Origin: an uncultured cyanobacterium | GTDB taxonomy: Bacteria > Cyanobacteriota > Cyanobacteriia > CAKZMO01 | Direction: 5' to 3' | Assembly (NCBI GenBank): GCA_963719515.1 | Contig: CAVRCJ010000010.1 | Location: 160,001 to 224,000 of the forward strand | Length of the DNA stretch: 64,000 bases | Shown: piece after piece, positions 20,662-30,600 of the stretch | How positions within the stretch are numbered: position 1 is the stretch's first letter | How the letters are laid out: each line of letters starts with the position of its first letter | The notes under the pieces: model-generated | Told to the model about the DNA's origin: nothing | Database searches by the model: none | What the model saw: only the letters and a program-made list of their open reading frames with translations | Translations under genes and position numbers: made by a program

Positions 20662-22119
20662 CTAGACAAACTCGCCTTCAATGACTTTATGTCGACGGCG
20701 AGCGGCGATCGCCATAGCTGATGCTACCGCTAGGCCCGCGATCGCTCCGGCTGGGTAGAGGGAACCCTCGGGTAGCCCGTGGTGCCACCGCTCAAGAGCG
20801 GGCTCTTCCGGCGGAATGAGCTCAGGGGGTGAGACAAGCTCCCAGGTCAATGATTCTTCAGCAGCCTCGAGCTGCAGCTGTTCCCGGCGGTCGATATGCC
20901 GCTGCAGCTGGTGCGTACTGGTCAATAGCCGCTGTTGCGCAGCCTCATACCGGCTCAGCGCCCCCGCCACGCGATGGCGCTCCTCAGCTAGCGTTATCTC
21001 CACCTGCGCGAGCGTTTTTTGGCGCAGTTCCAGGACTTCGATCTGATGGACAACGCCGACGAGCTTTTGCAGCAGCTCGCCGTAGATAGGCTGCTGAAAA
21101 ACAGGATCAACCGGGCCCCGGGGATTGTTCAAAAAGCGTCTGAGCCCCCCTTGAGCGTCTTGGGCGAGCTGTGCTGAGATAGAGCTGTGCTGTTGATAGA
21201 GGGTGCGCAGCGCCTGGCCATCGGTTTGAGCACGGCCAAACTCTACCGCAATTTTCTGCTCAACCTGACGCAAGATCTCTAGGGTCTGCTGATAGGGGGC
21301 ATCCTGCTGCAGTGTCGTAGAGGCTGGGGTTTGTTCTCTTATGCTGAGCCGATCTTTTAGGGTCGCCTGCTCTCGATAGGCGGCAGACAGGCGCTGCTCT
21401 AGCTCAATAGTTTGGCGCTGAGCCTCTACAGTCCGAGCCTGCAGCAACTTTGCCTGCCGGTCTGGGGCTGCGCTGCTTGCGTATAGCTGGCGCAGCTGGG
21501 TCTGGTCGGCCTGTACCTGCTGCTGCACGGCGGGCAGTTTTGCCTCAATAAACTGCAGGCCGCGGCAGGCGGATTGACGGCACGTATGACCGTGGGATAG
21601 ATAGGTCGAACTGAGCTGGTCGATGACGGCCTGGGCCGTTTCTGCGTCCGGGTGACGGTAGCGAATATCGAAAGTCTCTCCTCGGGCTTCAAGGGTCAGC
21701 GATTGGATGAGGCTGTCGTAATTGATATCGATGGCGCGAGCCTGAAGCTGGTCAACGACAGGTTCGAGCAATGTTGGGCTCTCCATCACCTCAAGCTGCG
21801 TCTCAATATCGAGATGGGTACGCCCCCTGCTCTCGGCAGCTAATTTGACGTGCGCTTCGTAGGTTGGAGTGACCTGTGTGGCTTGATCAATGATCCCGAT
21901 AGCAGCGACGATCGCCACTCCTGCCGCAATACTAATCGGGAGCAAGCGATCGCTGGGATCACTGTCATAGACCACCGCGTCGCAGTCAAGCAGAGCGGGC
22001 TTGAGGCGAGGGGCCAGCACAACTGCCGAGGAGGAGGAGGCAATCACCTGAGGCCAACCGTCTGCCGGGCGCGTTGGCTCAGCAGGGATCCAGAGGGGTG
22101 GCATCGCGATTGTCTCCAT
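20662..22119 (-). CDS. GumC/Wzz-like polysaccharide chain-length protein without kinase domain
   Basis: N-terminal TM, PTYEA, TQLEVMES, long coiled coil, WELVSPP and C-terminal TM. Confidence 0.65.
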   Translation of the reverse strand: METIAMPPLWIPAEPTRPADGWPQVIASSSSAVVLAPRLKPALLDCDAVVYDSDPSDRLLPISIAAGVAIVAAIGIIDQATQVTPTYEAHVKLAAESRGRTHLDIETQLEVMESPTLLEPVVDQLQARAIDINYDSLIQSLTLEARGETFDIRYRHPDAETAQAVIDQLSSTYLSHGHTCRQSACRGLQFIEAKLPAVQQQVQADQTQLRQLYASSAAPDRQAKLLQARTVEAQRQTIELEQRLSAAYREQATLKDRLSIREQTPASTTLQQDAPYQQTLEILRQVEQKIAVEFGRAQTDGQALRTLYQQHSSISAQLAQDAQGGLRRFLNNPRGPVDPVFQQPIYGELLQKLVGVVHQIEVLELRQKTLAQVEITLAEERHRVAGALSRYEAAQQRLLTSTHQLQRHIDRREQLQLEAAEESLTWELVSPPELIPPEEPALERWHHGLPEGSLYPAGAIAGLAVASAMAIAARRRHKVIEGEFV

Positions 22120-22187
22120 GATCTTCTTTGTGATACCAGGTTTACGTTTTCAATGAGTTATACGGCGTTTCCGTGCTCCTATCGGGA

Positions 22188-22281
22188 TAAGTAGGAGTCC
22201 ATAAATAAACGACGCGCTCAGGGGGTTCGCCCCCCACCGGGGGGCGAACCCCAACACCGTTTACTTGTGGCTAGCCATTTA
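22188..22281. repeat. Small palindromic, MITE-like intergenic element
   Basis: Central GC hairpin GGGGTTCGCCCCCC-ACC-GGGGGGCGAACCCC, flanked by imperfect inverted arms CATAAATAAACG / CGTTTACTTGTG. Confidence 0.55.
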
Positions 22282-22369
22282 CCTACTCATGTTCACAACG
22301 AGACGACTACAATTGAGAGTGTGGAGAGCCTAAAGACCTGGCCAGCAAAGAGCCAATTTTGGATGACCT

Positions 22370-23389
22370 ATGATCCCAGCGGTGCTAATCAAAGAGTTGC
22401 AAAAGCGCTACGGCTCCGTTGATGCGCTCAACGGGGTTTCCTTCAGCGTAGAGCCCGGCGAAATTTTTGGTCTGCTTGGCCCAAACGGGGCTGGGAAAAC
22501 CACGACCCTGCGCTGCTTATGTACCCTGGCTTCGCCAGATTCAGGGACGGTGGAGGTGTCGGGAACGTCGGTGATTGAGGAGCCAAAGCTCGCCCGCCAA
22601 CGCCTTGGCTACGTGGCTCAGGAGGTGGCTTTGGACAAGGTGCTCACGGGGCGAGAGCTGCTGCAGCTACAGGCGGCGCTCTACCATATTCCTCGGGCAG
22701 CGGCAGTGGCGCGCATTGATGCCATGGTTTCGCTGCTGGGGCTGACAGACTGGATAGACCAAAAAAGCGGCATTTACTCGGGCGGGCTGAAAAAGCGGCT
22801 CGATTTGGCGGCTGGGCTCCTGCATCAGCCAGACGTTTTAGTATTAGACGAGCCTACGGTAGGTCTAGACATTGAAAGCCGCGTGGTTGTCTGGGACTTT
22901 TTGCGGCAGCTCAAGGCTAGTGGGACGACGGTGCTGTTAACCAGCCACTACCTAGAAGAAGTTGACGCTCTAGCGGACCGCGTTGCCATCATCGACAAAG
23001 GCACCGTGATTGCCTCGGGAACCCCATCAGACCTCAAAGATAAGGTGGGCGGCGATCGCATCACCTTACGCATTCGCGAGTTTACGCCAGACGACGAAGT
23101 GACCCAAGCTCGGGGACTGCTAGAGCAGCTGCCTTTCGTCCAGGAAATCATCGTTAACGAGTCCCAGGGCAACTCCCTCAACATGGTGGTCGACCCCCAA
23201 AGTGAAGCTTTGATTACGGTACGGCAGGCGCTCAAAGACGCAGGACTGCCTACCTTTGGCATCTCTCAAGCCCGCCCGAGTCTAGATGATGTCTATCTCG
23301 CGGCCACCGGCAAAACCCTCATGGACGCGGAGCTAGCCGCTGCGGGGAACCGCGATCTCAAGGCTGAACGCAAGCAAAACATGCGCTAA
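22370..23389 (+). CDS. ABC-2 exporter ATP-binding protein (DrrA-like)
   Basis: GPNGAGKTT, YSGG and LDEPT. Confidence 0.92.
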   Translation: MIPAVLIKELQKRYGSVDALNGVSFSVEPGEIFGLLGPNGAGKTTTLRCLCTLASPDSGTVEVSGTSVIEEPKLARQRLGYVAQEVALDKVLTGRELLQLQAALYHIPRAAAVARIDAMVSLLGLTDWIDQKSGIYSGGLKKRLDLAAGLLHQPDVLVLDEPTVGLDIESRVVVWDFLRQLKASGTTVLLTSHYLEEVDALADRVAIIDKGTVIASGTPSDLKDKVGGDRITLRIREFTPDDEVTQARGLLEQLPFVQEIIVNESQGNSLNMVVDPQSEALITVRQALKDAGLPTFGISQARPSLDDVYLAATGKTLMDAELAAAGNRDLKAERKQNMR

Positions 23390-23411
23390 ACCAAGACACC
23401 CTAACATCGAC

Positions 23412-24284
23412 ATGAATCAAACCATTACTCCCCTGACTCCCGCCTCCGGTACGCTACAGCACACCCCCGGTCTACTCTCCGGCGAGTTCGTCCAAGAGAC
23501 GACAGCGTTGGCCAAGCGGCTGTTTATTCAGCTGCAGCGGCGACCCACCACCCTTATTGCTGGCATTATTCAGCCTCTGATGTGGCTGATTTTATTTGGA
23601 GCGCTGTTCCAGAATGTTCCCCAAGGGCTGTTTGGTACCAGCCAAAGCTATGGGCAGTTTTTAGGTGCGGGCATCATCGTGTTCACGGCCTTTGGCGGTG
23701 CCCTCAATGCTGGGCTTCCCGTAATGTTCGACCGAGAGTTTGGCTTTCTTAATCGACTGTTGGTGGCTCCCCTCGCGTCTCGCCTCTCGATTGTGATGGC
23801 CTCTGCGATCTTCATCGCTACCCTGAGCATGGTTCAGACCGCCGTGATTGTGGCCGCAAGCGCCGTCATGGGGGCCGGACTTCCTGGATTGGGAGGACTG
23901 CTGCTTGTCGCGGGTATCGTGCTGCTCCTGGTCTTGGGCGTAACGGGCCTTAGCCTCGCACTGGCGTTCGCTCTGCCGGGTCACGTCGAGCTGATTGCGG
24001 TTATCTTTGTCAGCAACCTGCCGCTGCTGTTTTCCAGCACGGCACTGGCTCCGCTGTCGTTTATGCCCACCTGGCTCCGCTGGATTGCTGCTCTCAACCC
24101 TTTGAGCTACGCTATTGAACCCATCCGCTACGTTTACACTAACAGCGCCTGGGGCTTGGACAGCGTTGTGATGCAGGCTCCCTTTGGCGATGTAACCCTG
24201 TGGTCGGCGGTGCTGGTGCTGGTTGGGTTTGATGCGATCGCTCTAGCTGCCGTTCAGTCCTTGCTGCGTCGCTCTTTCTCTTGA
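23412..24284 (+). CDS. ABC-2 exporter permease (Ycf38-like)
   Basis: MFDREFGFLNRLLVAP, NPLSYAIEPIR and about six TM segments. Confidence 0.9.
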   Translation: MNQTITPLTPASGTLQHTPGLLSGEFVQETTALAKRLFIQLQRRPTTLIAGIIQPLMWLILFGALFQNVPQGLFGTSQSYGQFLGAGIIVFTAFGGALNAGLPVMFDREFGFLNRLLVAPLASRLSIVMASAIFIATLSMVQTAVIVAASAVMGAGLPGLGGLLLVAGIVLLLVLGVTGLSLALAFALPGHVELIAVIFVSNLPLLFSSTALAPLSFMPTWLRWIAALNPLSYAIEPIRYVYTNSAWGLDSVVMQAPFGDVTLWSAVLVLVGFDAIALAAVQSLLRRSFS

Positions 24285-24507
24285 TTTCAGCGAGGCTCTC
24301 GAAAAAGCTGATCCCCAGCGTTCCTCCTGAAGCGGTCACCTTGAAGATAGGCACACCGACTAGAGCGTGAGGGCGAGAAAAAGGCATAATGCTGATAAGC
24401 CTGCCCTCTCTTTTGTACTCAGCGACTTATTCCCCTCAATGGTGCTCGCCAGAATAGGTCCTCTCAATAACATCTACAGTACTCCACAGCTCAGCGCGGT
24501 AGCTCAT

Positions 24508-24861
24508 ATGAAACTTACGACTCAGCTCGTTTTATCCCTGTCTGTTGCCCTCTGCGGTTTTGGCCTGGCGACTGCAGCCAGCGCCCAAACGACTATCGAT
24601 CCCTTAGAGGATTTACGGACCAACGACAACAGCAACAATCCCTTTGAAGGGAGCGGCAACTCTGCCCAAACAGGCATCTTTGATCTAATCCACAACTCCG
24701 TGCTCAGCAATGGAACTTCTAGAGAGGAGTTCAATGAGGCCCGAAGTGAGAACATTGAGGAACAGGCCGGCAGCTTTCGAGAGCAGCAGCGCCGGTTGCT
24801 CAACCAAAACGTCCAAGGCGACGCTGCTCAGAGCGATGCCGCCTCGAATCGTCAGCAGTAG
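24508..24861 (+). CDS. Secreted hypothetical protein
   Basis: Signal peptide ending ASAQ; ATG at 24508. Confidence 0.7.
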   Translation: MKLTTQLVLSLSVALCGFGLATAASAQTTIDPLEDLRTNDNSNNPFEGSGNSAQTGIFDLIHNSVLSNGTSREEFNEARSENIEEQAGSFREQQRRLLNQNVQGDAAQSDAASNRQQ

Positions 24862-24887
24862 CTGCTGACGCCGTTGAGGATTCGAGA

Positions 24888-25475
24888 ATGTCTACTGAAG
24901 CCTGTTCAGCCGACATTCTTGCCTTTTGGTTTGGCAAGTCGAGTCAAGTCGACATCAGCTATCGCGCTCGCCGAAAGCTCTGGTTTGGCAAGTCAGCGGC
25001 GTTTGACGCTCAGGTCCGCCAGCGATTCAAGTCTCTCTACGCCGCCGCATCTAGCGGCATAGACTGGCCGGAGACCCCGGACGATCGCTTAGCGCTAGCC
25101 CTGCTCTTGGACCAATTTCCGCGCAATATGTTTCGCGGGACTCCAGCTGCATTCGCTTCAGATCCCCAGGCCCGAGCAGTGTCCCGCTCCGCGATCGCTC
25201 AGGGCTTCGATCAAGCAGTGTCGCCCCTGCGGCGCATGTTCTTCTACTTTCCTCTAGAGCATAGCGAGTCGCTGATGGATCAGCAGCAGGCCATAGACTG
25301 CTTTAAAGGCCTAGTGGACCAAGCGCCAGAGCTTCAGGACACGTTCGACTACGCCATTCGTCATCAGCGAGTAATTCAGCGGTTTGGGCGCTTTCCCCAC
25401 CGCAACCCAATTTTGGGTCGCCTCAGTACCCCTGCCGAGGTGGCGTTTTTAAAGCAGCCGGGCTCTTCGTTCTAG
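24888..25475 (+). CDS. DUF924 family protein
   Basis: LDQFPRNMFRG, HSE and RFGRFPHRN. Confidence 0.92.
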   Translation: MSTEACSADILAFWFGKSSQVDISYRARRKLWFGKSAAFDAQVRQRFKSLYAAASSGIDWPETPDDRLALALLLDQFPRNMFRGTPAAFASDPQARAVSRSAIAQGFDQAVSPLRRMFFYFPLEHSESLMDQQQAIDCFKGLVDQAPELQDTFDYAIRHQRVIQRFGRFPHRNPILGRLSTPAEVAFLKQPGSSF

Positions 25476-25481
25476 TCCTTC

Positions 25482-28139
25482 ATGGTGCTAAAGAACCTCT
25501 ACCGCCATCTGCGTGCGCTCTCTCTTCGCCCTAAGCGTATCGCCATCTTTGAAGCCTGCGCCATTGGTTTAGTGTCGGGGCTAGCAGCGGTACTGCTGCG
25601 CGAGGGAGCGGGGGCGTTGGGCCTTTGGCGTATCCAGCTCGCGGAGCAGCCCGGCTACTGGTGGGTATTGCCCGTTGTGGGCTGCGCTGGCGGTGGGCTA
25701 GCGGGGCTGTTGGTGGAAGGGCTCGCCCCTGAGGCCGCAGGCAGCGGCATCCCCCAGGTGAAAGTAGCGCTGGCCAATATGCCAATTCGGCTGAACCTAC
25801 GGGTCGCCCTGGTGAAACTACTGGGGGTGGTGCTGGTGATGGGATCTGGGCTTAACTTAGGGCGACAGGGACCAACGGTACATATCGGCGCAGCGCTGGC
25901 GGCCCAGTTCAACCAATGGATTCCGACCTCTCCAGAATATCGGCGACAGCTGCTGGCCTCAGGGGCGGCGGCGGGTCTGGCTGCAGGGTTCAACGCCCCC
26001 ATTGCAGGGGTTTTGTTTGTGGTGGAGGAGCTGCTGCAAGACTTCTCTGGGCTGACTTTGGGCACTGCCATCTTGGCCTCGTTCATCGGGGCAGTCGTCT
26101 CCCGAATTCTAGGGGGACGTAGCGGTAGCCTTACCCTTGCAACGACCGTTTCCCAGGCCGATGTCTCTCTACAGGATGTGCCCTTCTTTATCGTGCTGGG
26201 ACTCTTGGCGGGGGTACTGGGGGCGCTGTTTTGTCGCGGCATTATCGCCAGCAGCCTGCTTAACCGCCGCCTTGAGCTAAGACTCCCCCTCAAAATCGCG
26301 ATCGCAGGCGCTGCTTCGGGGGCAATTACCATGCTGCTGCCCACCGTGTTTCGCGACAATACCGGCTTGCCCGAGTTTCTCAGTCAGGGAGGGGTCGCCT
26401 GGCAGCTGGTGTTTTTGGGCTTTGGCCTTAAGTTTTTGCTGACGCTAATTGCCAGCGGCTCCGGCGCTCCGGGGGGAATCTTTGCCCCAGCGCTAATTCT
26501 AGGTTCGTCGCTGGGGCTGCTAGTCGGGCAGGGGGCAGAAGCCTTGGTGACGGTAGTGGGCCAGCCGCTGGGGCTAGCTGCCGGAATTGGTTCGGCGTCG
26601 ACCTACTCGCTAGCGGGGATGGGCGCTTTTTTTAGTGCGGTCACCAAGGGGCCGATTACCGCTATCGTCATCGTCTTTGAAATGACGGCGGATTTCAACC
26701 TGGTGCTGCCGCTGATGATTACCTCCGTCACAGCCTATCTCACCTCAGATCTGCTGTACAGTGGCTCCATTTACAACCGGCTGCTGGCCCTGCGGGGCAT
26801 CCGCTTTGACCAGGTGGGGGAGAGCAGCGAGCCGATCGTCAATCTAACCGCCGCTCAGCTGATGCAGTCTCGCGTGGAGACGCTGTCCAGTAAGATGCCT
26901 TTGCACGAAGTGATGCAGGCCTTCTCCGACTCTCACCACCGGGGCTTTCCCGTGGTCAGTGAGAGAAAGCTGGTGGGCATCGTCACTCGCTCAGATCTCG
27001 CAGACGCTTCGCGGCTACGGGCGAAGCGATCGCTCAAGGCTAGCCAGCTGTGCTTGAAAGACGTGATGACGCCGCAGCCGGTTACAGTCAGACCAACGGA
27101 TCACCTGTCCCACATTCTGTATTTGCTCAACCGCTTCAAAATTAGCCGCCTGCCGGTGACCGAAGGACAGCGGTTGGTAGGAATTATCACCCGGGCCGAT
27201 ATTATTCGAGCGGAATCAGATCAGCTCAGCGGCACCGCCAAGCCCACCGCACTGCAGGACGAGCCCTCTTATATCGTCTACCAAACCCGCTCCCCGGCTA
27301 CCGGCAATGGCCGGCTTTTGGTGCTCTTGGGCAACCCCCACACGGCCCCCTTTTTGCTGCAAATGGCGGCGGCGATCGCTCGCAGTCGGGGCTATGAGCT
27401 AGAGTGCCTGCAGATTATCAAAACCTCCCGCAGCCGCTCCCCCTGCGAGACCACGGTCCACACCCAGTTCAGTCGGCGGCTTTTGCGACAGGCGGAGCAG
27501 GTGGGACGCGAATGGGATCTCCCGGTCCACACTCAGATTCGAGCCGCCCACGATGTGGCTCAGGCTACTCTAGAAGCTATTGAGGCGCACCACATTGACC
27601 TGACGCTGATGGGCTGGCAGGGCCGGACCAAAATACCAGGGCGCGTCTTTGGCAACACCGTAGACACCCTTATCCGACAGGCGGATTGCGAGGTCATTGT
27701 CGTTAAGCTGTGTGATGCCCCCACGTTTGAAAACTGGCTTTTTCCAGTAGCAGGAGGTCCCAACTCTCAGCAGGCCTTTAAGCATCTCTCTGCCCTAATG
27801 AGCCTTGGGAAAGCGCCAACGATCGCCGTCTGTCAGGTCCTCGAGCCGGGTAAAGCCTATGATACTAGGTCTCTCAAACGGGCCGTTAAGCAGCTCAAGC
27901 GACTCGATTGCTCAGTCCGGTCTCACCCCGTTTGGGGATCAGTCGTCAGCGATGCTGTTTTGGAGGTTGCCGACGAAGAGGGCTCAGATGTGATTATCTT
28001 GGGGGCAAGTCGCGCCGGTATTTTACAGCAGGCGATTCGCAGCAATATCCCCGAGGCGATCGCTCGCAGCAGCGGCGCCACCGTCATCTTGGTGCGGGGT
28101 GCCCTCGAACTAGAAGCGGTGGCCGCCCCCAAACTTTGA
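25482..28139 (+). CDS. ClC chloride channel/transporter with CBS pair and two USP domains
   Basis: GSGIP, GRQGP, FNAP and GIFAP; CBS (GFPV, RLPV); USP-like C-terminus. Confidence 0.92.
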   Translation: MVLKNLYRHLRALSLRPKRIAIFEACAIGLVSGLAAVLLREGAGALGLWRIQLAEQPGYWWVLPVVGCAGGGLAGLLVEGLAPEAAGSGIPQVKVALANMPIRLNLRVALVKLLGVVLVMGSGLNLGRQGPTVHIGAALAAQFNQWIPTSPEYRRQLLASGAAAGLAAGFNAPIAGVLFVVEELLQDFSGLTLGTAILASFIGAVVSRILGGRSGSLTLATTVSQADVSLQDVPFFIVLGLLAGVLGALFCRGIIASSLLNRRLELRLPLKIAIAGAASGAITMLLPTVFRDNTGLPEFLSQGGVAWQLVFLGFGLKFLLTLIASGSGAPGGIFAPALILGSSLGLLVGQGAEALVTVVGQPLGLAAGIGSASTYSLAGMGAFFSAVTKGPITAIVIVFEMTADFNLVLPLMITSVTAYLTSDLLYSGSIYNRLLALRGIRFDQVGESSEPIVNLTAAQLMQSRVETLSSKMPLHEVMQAFSDSHHRGFPVVSERKLVGIVTRSDLADASRLRAKRSLKASQLCLKDVMTPQPVTVRPTDHLSHILYLLNRFKISRLPVTEGQRLVGIITRADIIRAESDQLSGTAKPTALQDEPSYIVYQTRSPATGNGRLLVLLGNPHTAPFLLQMAAAIARSRGYELECLQIIKTSRSRSPCETTVHTQFSRRLLRQAEQVGREWDLPVHTQIRAAHDVAQATLEAIEAHHIDLTLMGWQGRTKIPGRVFGNTVDTLIRQADCEVIVVKLCDAPTFENWLFPVAGGPNSQQAFKHLSALMSLGKAPTIAVCQVLEPGKAYDTRSLKRAVKQLKRLDCSVRSHPVWGSVVSDAVLEVADEEGSDVIILGASRAGILQQAIRSNIPEAIARSSGATVILVRGALELEAVAAPKL

Positions 28140-28309
28140 TCCCCGCTTCATCTTTCAAAAGAGGACAACGCCAATCCTCTCAAGAAATAAGCCAATCCGC
28201 GTTGTCTCGGTCTAATATGTTTCATGGAGACGTTGAGGTATCAGTGCTGCTAGATTGGCCGCTGCATCGAAACGTCAGCGCTAACCTACTGCTTAACCTA
28301 ATTAGTCCT

Positions 28310-28795
28310 ATGGCACGCTATCGTTCTTTCCTATCCTTTGTTCTGGCGGCGATCGCCCTATTTATCGTCAGCTGCGGCGGCGTCAAAGAGGCGGCCCTGC
28401 CGACATACACCGATGCCGATATTGCTCAGATTGAAACCTACGTTGCCGATATCGATCAGCTCCGCGATCGCCTCACCGAGCTGCCTGAAATGGCGCGAAC
28501 GGCCAAGTGGTCAGACATTGATTCTTTGATTCACGGCCCTTTGGGTGATCTACGCTTCAAGATGTCGTCGGTGGCCCGCAAGCTGGATAAAAGCCAGCAG
28601 GCTGACGCCCGCAGCATTTCCAAGGACGTATTCGGCCATTTGGTTGCCATTGACGATGCCGCCAAGGGCCAGAACTACGAGAGCGTCCTGCTGAACTACA
28701 ACGGCGTCTTAGAAGACATCGAGCGGTTTGTGCAGCTGACGCCGGTATTTCCGACGCCCGGCGATGCCGCTGCGCTGCCCGCTGCAGTCGTGTAG
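28310..28795 (+). CDS. psbQ: Photosystem II lipoprotein CyanoQ
   Basis: Lipobox IVSC, PTY and IHGPLG; ATG at 28310. Confidence 0.9.
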   Translation: MARYRSFLSFVLAAIALFIVSCGGVKEAALPTYTDADIAQIETYVADIDQLRDRLTELPEMARTAKWSDIDSLIHGPLGDLRFKMSSVARKLDKSQQADARSISKDVFGHLVAIDDAAKGQNYESVLLNYNGVLEDIERFVQLTPVFPTPGDAAALPAAVV

Positions 28796-28827
28796 CGAGC
28801 AGATAGGGCATAGAAAGGCTGGCTCCC

Positions 28828-29901
28828 GTGAACCGGCTACTGGTGAATCTCTCTTTCCTGATGGCAAAGCCAACGGGACTGGCCACCTACGGGCTAAATC
28901 TATTTCCCTATCTAGGCCCATTAGATCCTGTTCTCCTCTCCCCTCTGGCTCATCCCAATCATCAGGTACATACCCTTGCTGCCAATATGACGGCTCAGCA
29001 GGGTTCAAGGGGCCACGCGCGGCGACTGTGGTGGACTCAGCGGCAGCTTCCTCAGCTTTGTCGGGCTTACGAGAGCAGTCTACTGTTCTCCCCGATTCCC
29101 GAAGCGCCCTTGGGAACAGGCGATCGCTTCGTGGTTACAGTGCATGATTTTATCGCCCGCCGGTTTTCCAAGCCGGCTTCTCCGCTGGCCCTGTACACCC
29201 GCTACTACGTCCCTAAAGTGCTGCAGCAGGCGGTCCGGGTCATTGCTAATTCCGAAGCGACAGCGCGGGACGCTGTTCGGTTTTGCGGAATCGCGGCGCA
29301 GAAAATTACCCCGATTCCGCTGGCCTACGATGCTCAGCATTTTCGGGACTTGGGATTGCCTACACAGCCCTACTTTCTTCACTTAGGGCGGCACGATCCC
29401 CACAAGAACGTAGCGCGAACTTTAGAGGCCTTTGCGCAGATCTCAGCCGTTGTCGACTGTGAGCTGTGGCTAGCGGGTAGCCCAGACGCCCGCTATACGC
29501 CACAGCTGCAAGCCCAAGCCGCGGCCTATGGTCTTGCGGAGCGCGTTCGGTTTTTGGACTACGTGCCCTATGACAGACTGCCCATTCTTCTTAACCAAGC
29601 TCTAGGCCTGGTGTTTCCAAGCCTCTGGGAGGGATTTGGCCTACCCGTGCTAGAAGCAATGGCCTGCGGCACGCCGGTTATTACTTCGAATCTCTCTGCG
29701 CTGTCCGAGGTAGCGGCGGATGCAGCCTTGCTCGTCGATCCCTATCGGCCTTCGGAAATTGCTGCAGCACTCAGGACGGTCGCCACAGATAATGTAGCAA
29801 GAGTACAGCTGAAGCAGGCCGGATTGACCCATGCCCAAAAATTTAGCTGGGCGAAAACGGGCGAAGAAACCCGTCAACTTCTTAGCGAAGCTATGCGGTA
29901 G
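28828..29901 (+). CDS. Glycosyltransferase family 4 (GT-B)
   Basis: PHKN, EGFGLPVLEAMACG and FSW. Confidence 0.92.
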   Translation: MNRLLVNLSFLMAKPTGLATYGLNLFPYLGPLDPVLLSPLAHPNHQVHTLAANMTAQQGSRGHARRLWWTQRQLPQLCRAYESSLLFSPIPEAPLGTGDRFVVTVHDFIARRFSKPASPLALYTRYYVPKVLQQAVRVIANSEATARDAVRFCGIAAQKITPIPLAYDAQHFRDLGLPTQPYFLHLGRHDPHKNVARTLEAFAQISAVVDCELWLAGSPDARYTPQLQAQAAAYGLAERVRFLDYVPYDRLPILLNQALGLVFPSLWEGFGLPVLEAMACGTPVITSNLSALSEVAADAALLVDPYRPSEIAAALRTVATDNVARVQLKQAGLTHAQKFSWAKTGEETRQLLSEAMR

Positions 29902-30107
29902 GTAAAACGGGTCACCGCCAACCCAGCCGTGACGTCGGTCCAACGGCGCAGGCCCAGAAAGGCCGATCTAACAGCGCCGTAAAACTACGGAGAATGCGGT
30001 ATTAAACTCTGCGGTAGTGCCACATCTCAGTGAAGGCACGATTGCCGCTGCCGATGTCTCAGCTTAAAGTGGCGTTATCGAGAGCGTTACTGCTGAGGAT
30101 ATCGATA

Positions 30108-30320
30108 CTAGAGGCTGACGAAGTGGCCGGAGTTCTCTAGGCCCAACGTGGTTTCCGCCGCAGGCGCGATCGCCGACAATAGGTCATCTAGTGCATCTTG
30201 GGCGCCATCTTCCTCAAGAATTTCCATGAAAAACTTGGGAACCTCGTCCAGAGAGCATGCTCCCTGACGTAGAGCGTAACCATACATCGACTTGACCCTC
30301 TGCTTCATCTGGTCTTCCAT
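30108..30320 (-). CDS. Small hypothetical protein
   Basis: About 70-aa ORF filling an intergenic gap; no recognisable motif. Confidence 0.45.
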   Translation of the reverse strand: MEDQMKQRVKSMYGYALRQGACSLDEVPKFFMEILEEDGAQDALDDLLSAIAPAAETTLGLENSGHFVSL

Positions 30321-30600
30321 AATCACACCCAAATGCATTGATACTTGAAGCGTTTTGGTTCAAGGTTTTGAAACCCTTATCCTGAGCCGATTACTTCTGA
30401 GTAATTGCCATCAGCCTAGCTGAATAAGCTTGGATCTGGCCTCTTTCAAAGGGTAGGCTCTAGGTAATTAACCCGACCTTTGCTAACAATACTAATAGGC
30501 TCTGAATGAAGGGCACGTGTTATCGAACAGGCATGGGATGAAGATAGTATGAACTTTTGGGCGTAAGTTCAGTAGCCCCACGAAACTTGGAGTAGCCCAG

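Noticed and set aside
27908..28309. 295-aa ORF extending psbQ
   Set aside because: Overlaps the ClC gene; the signal peptide and lipobox begin at 28310
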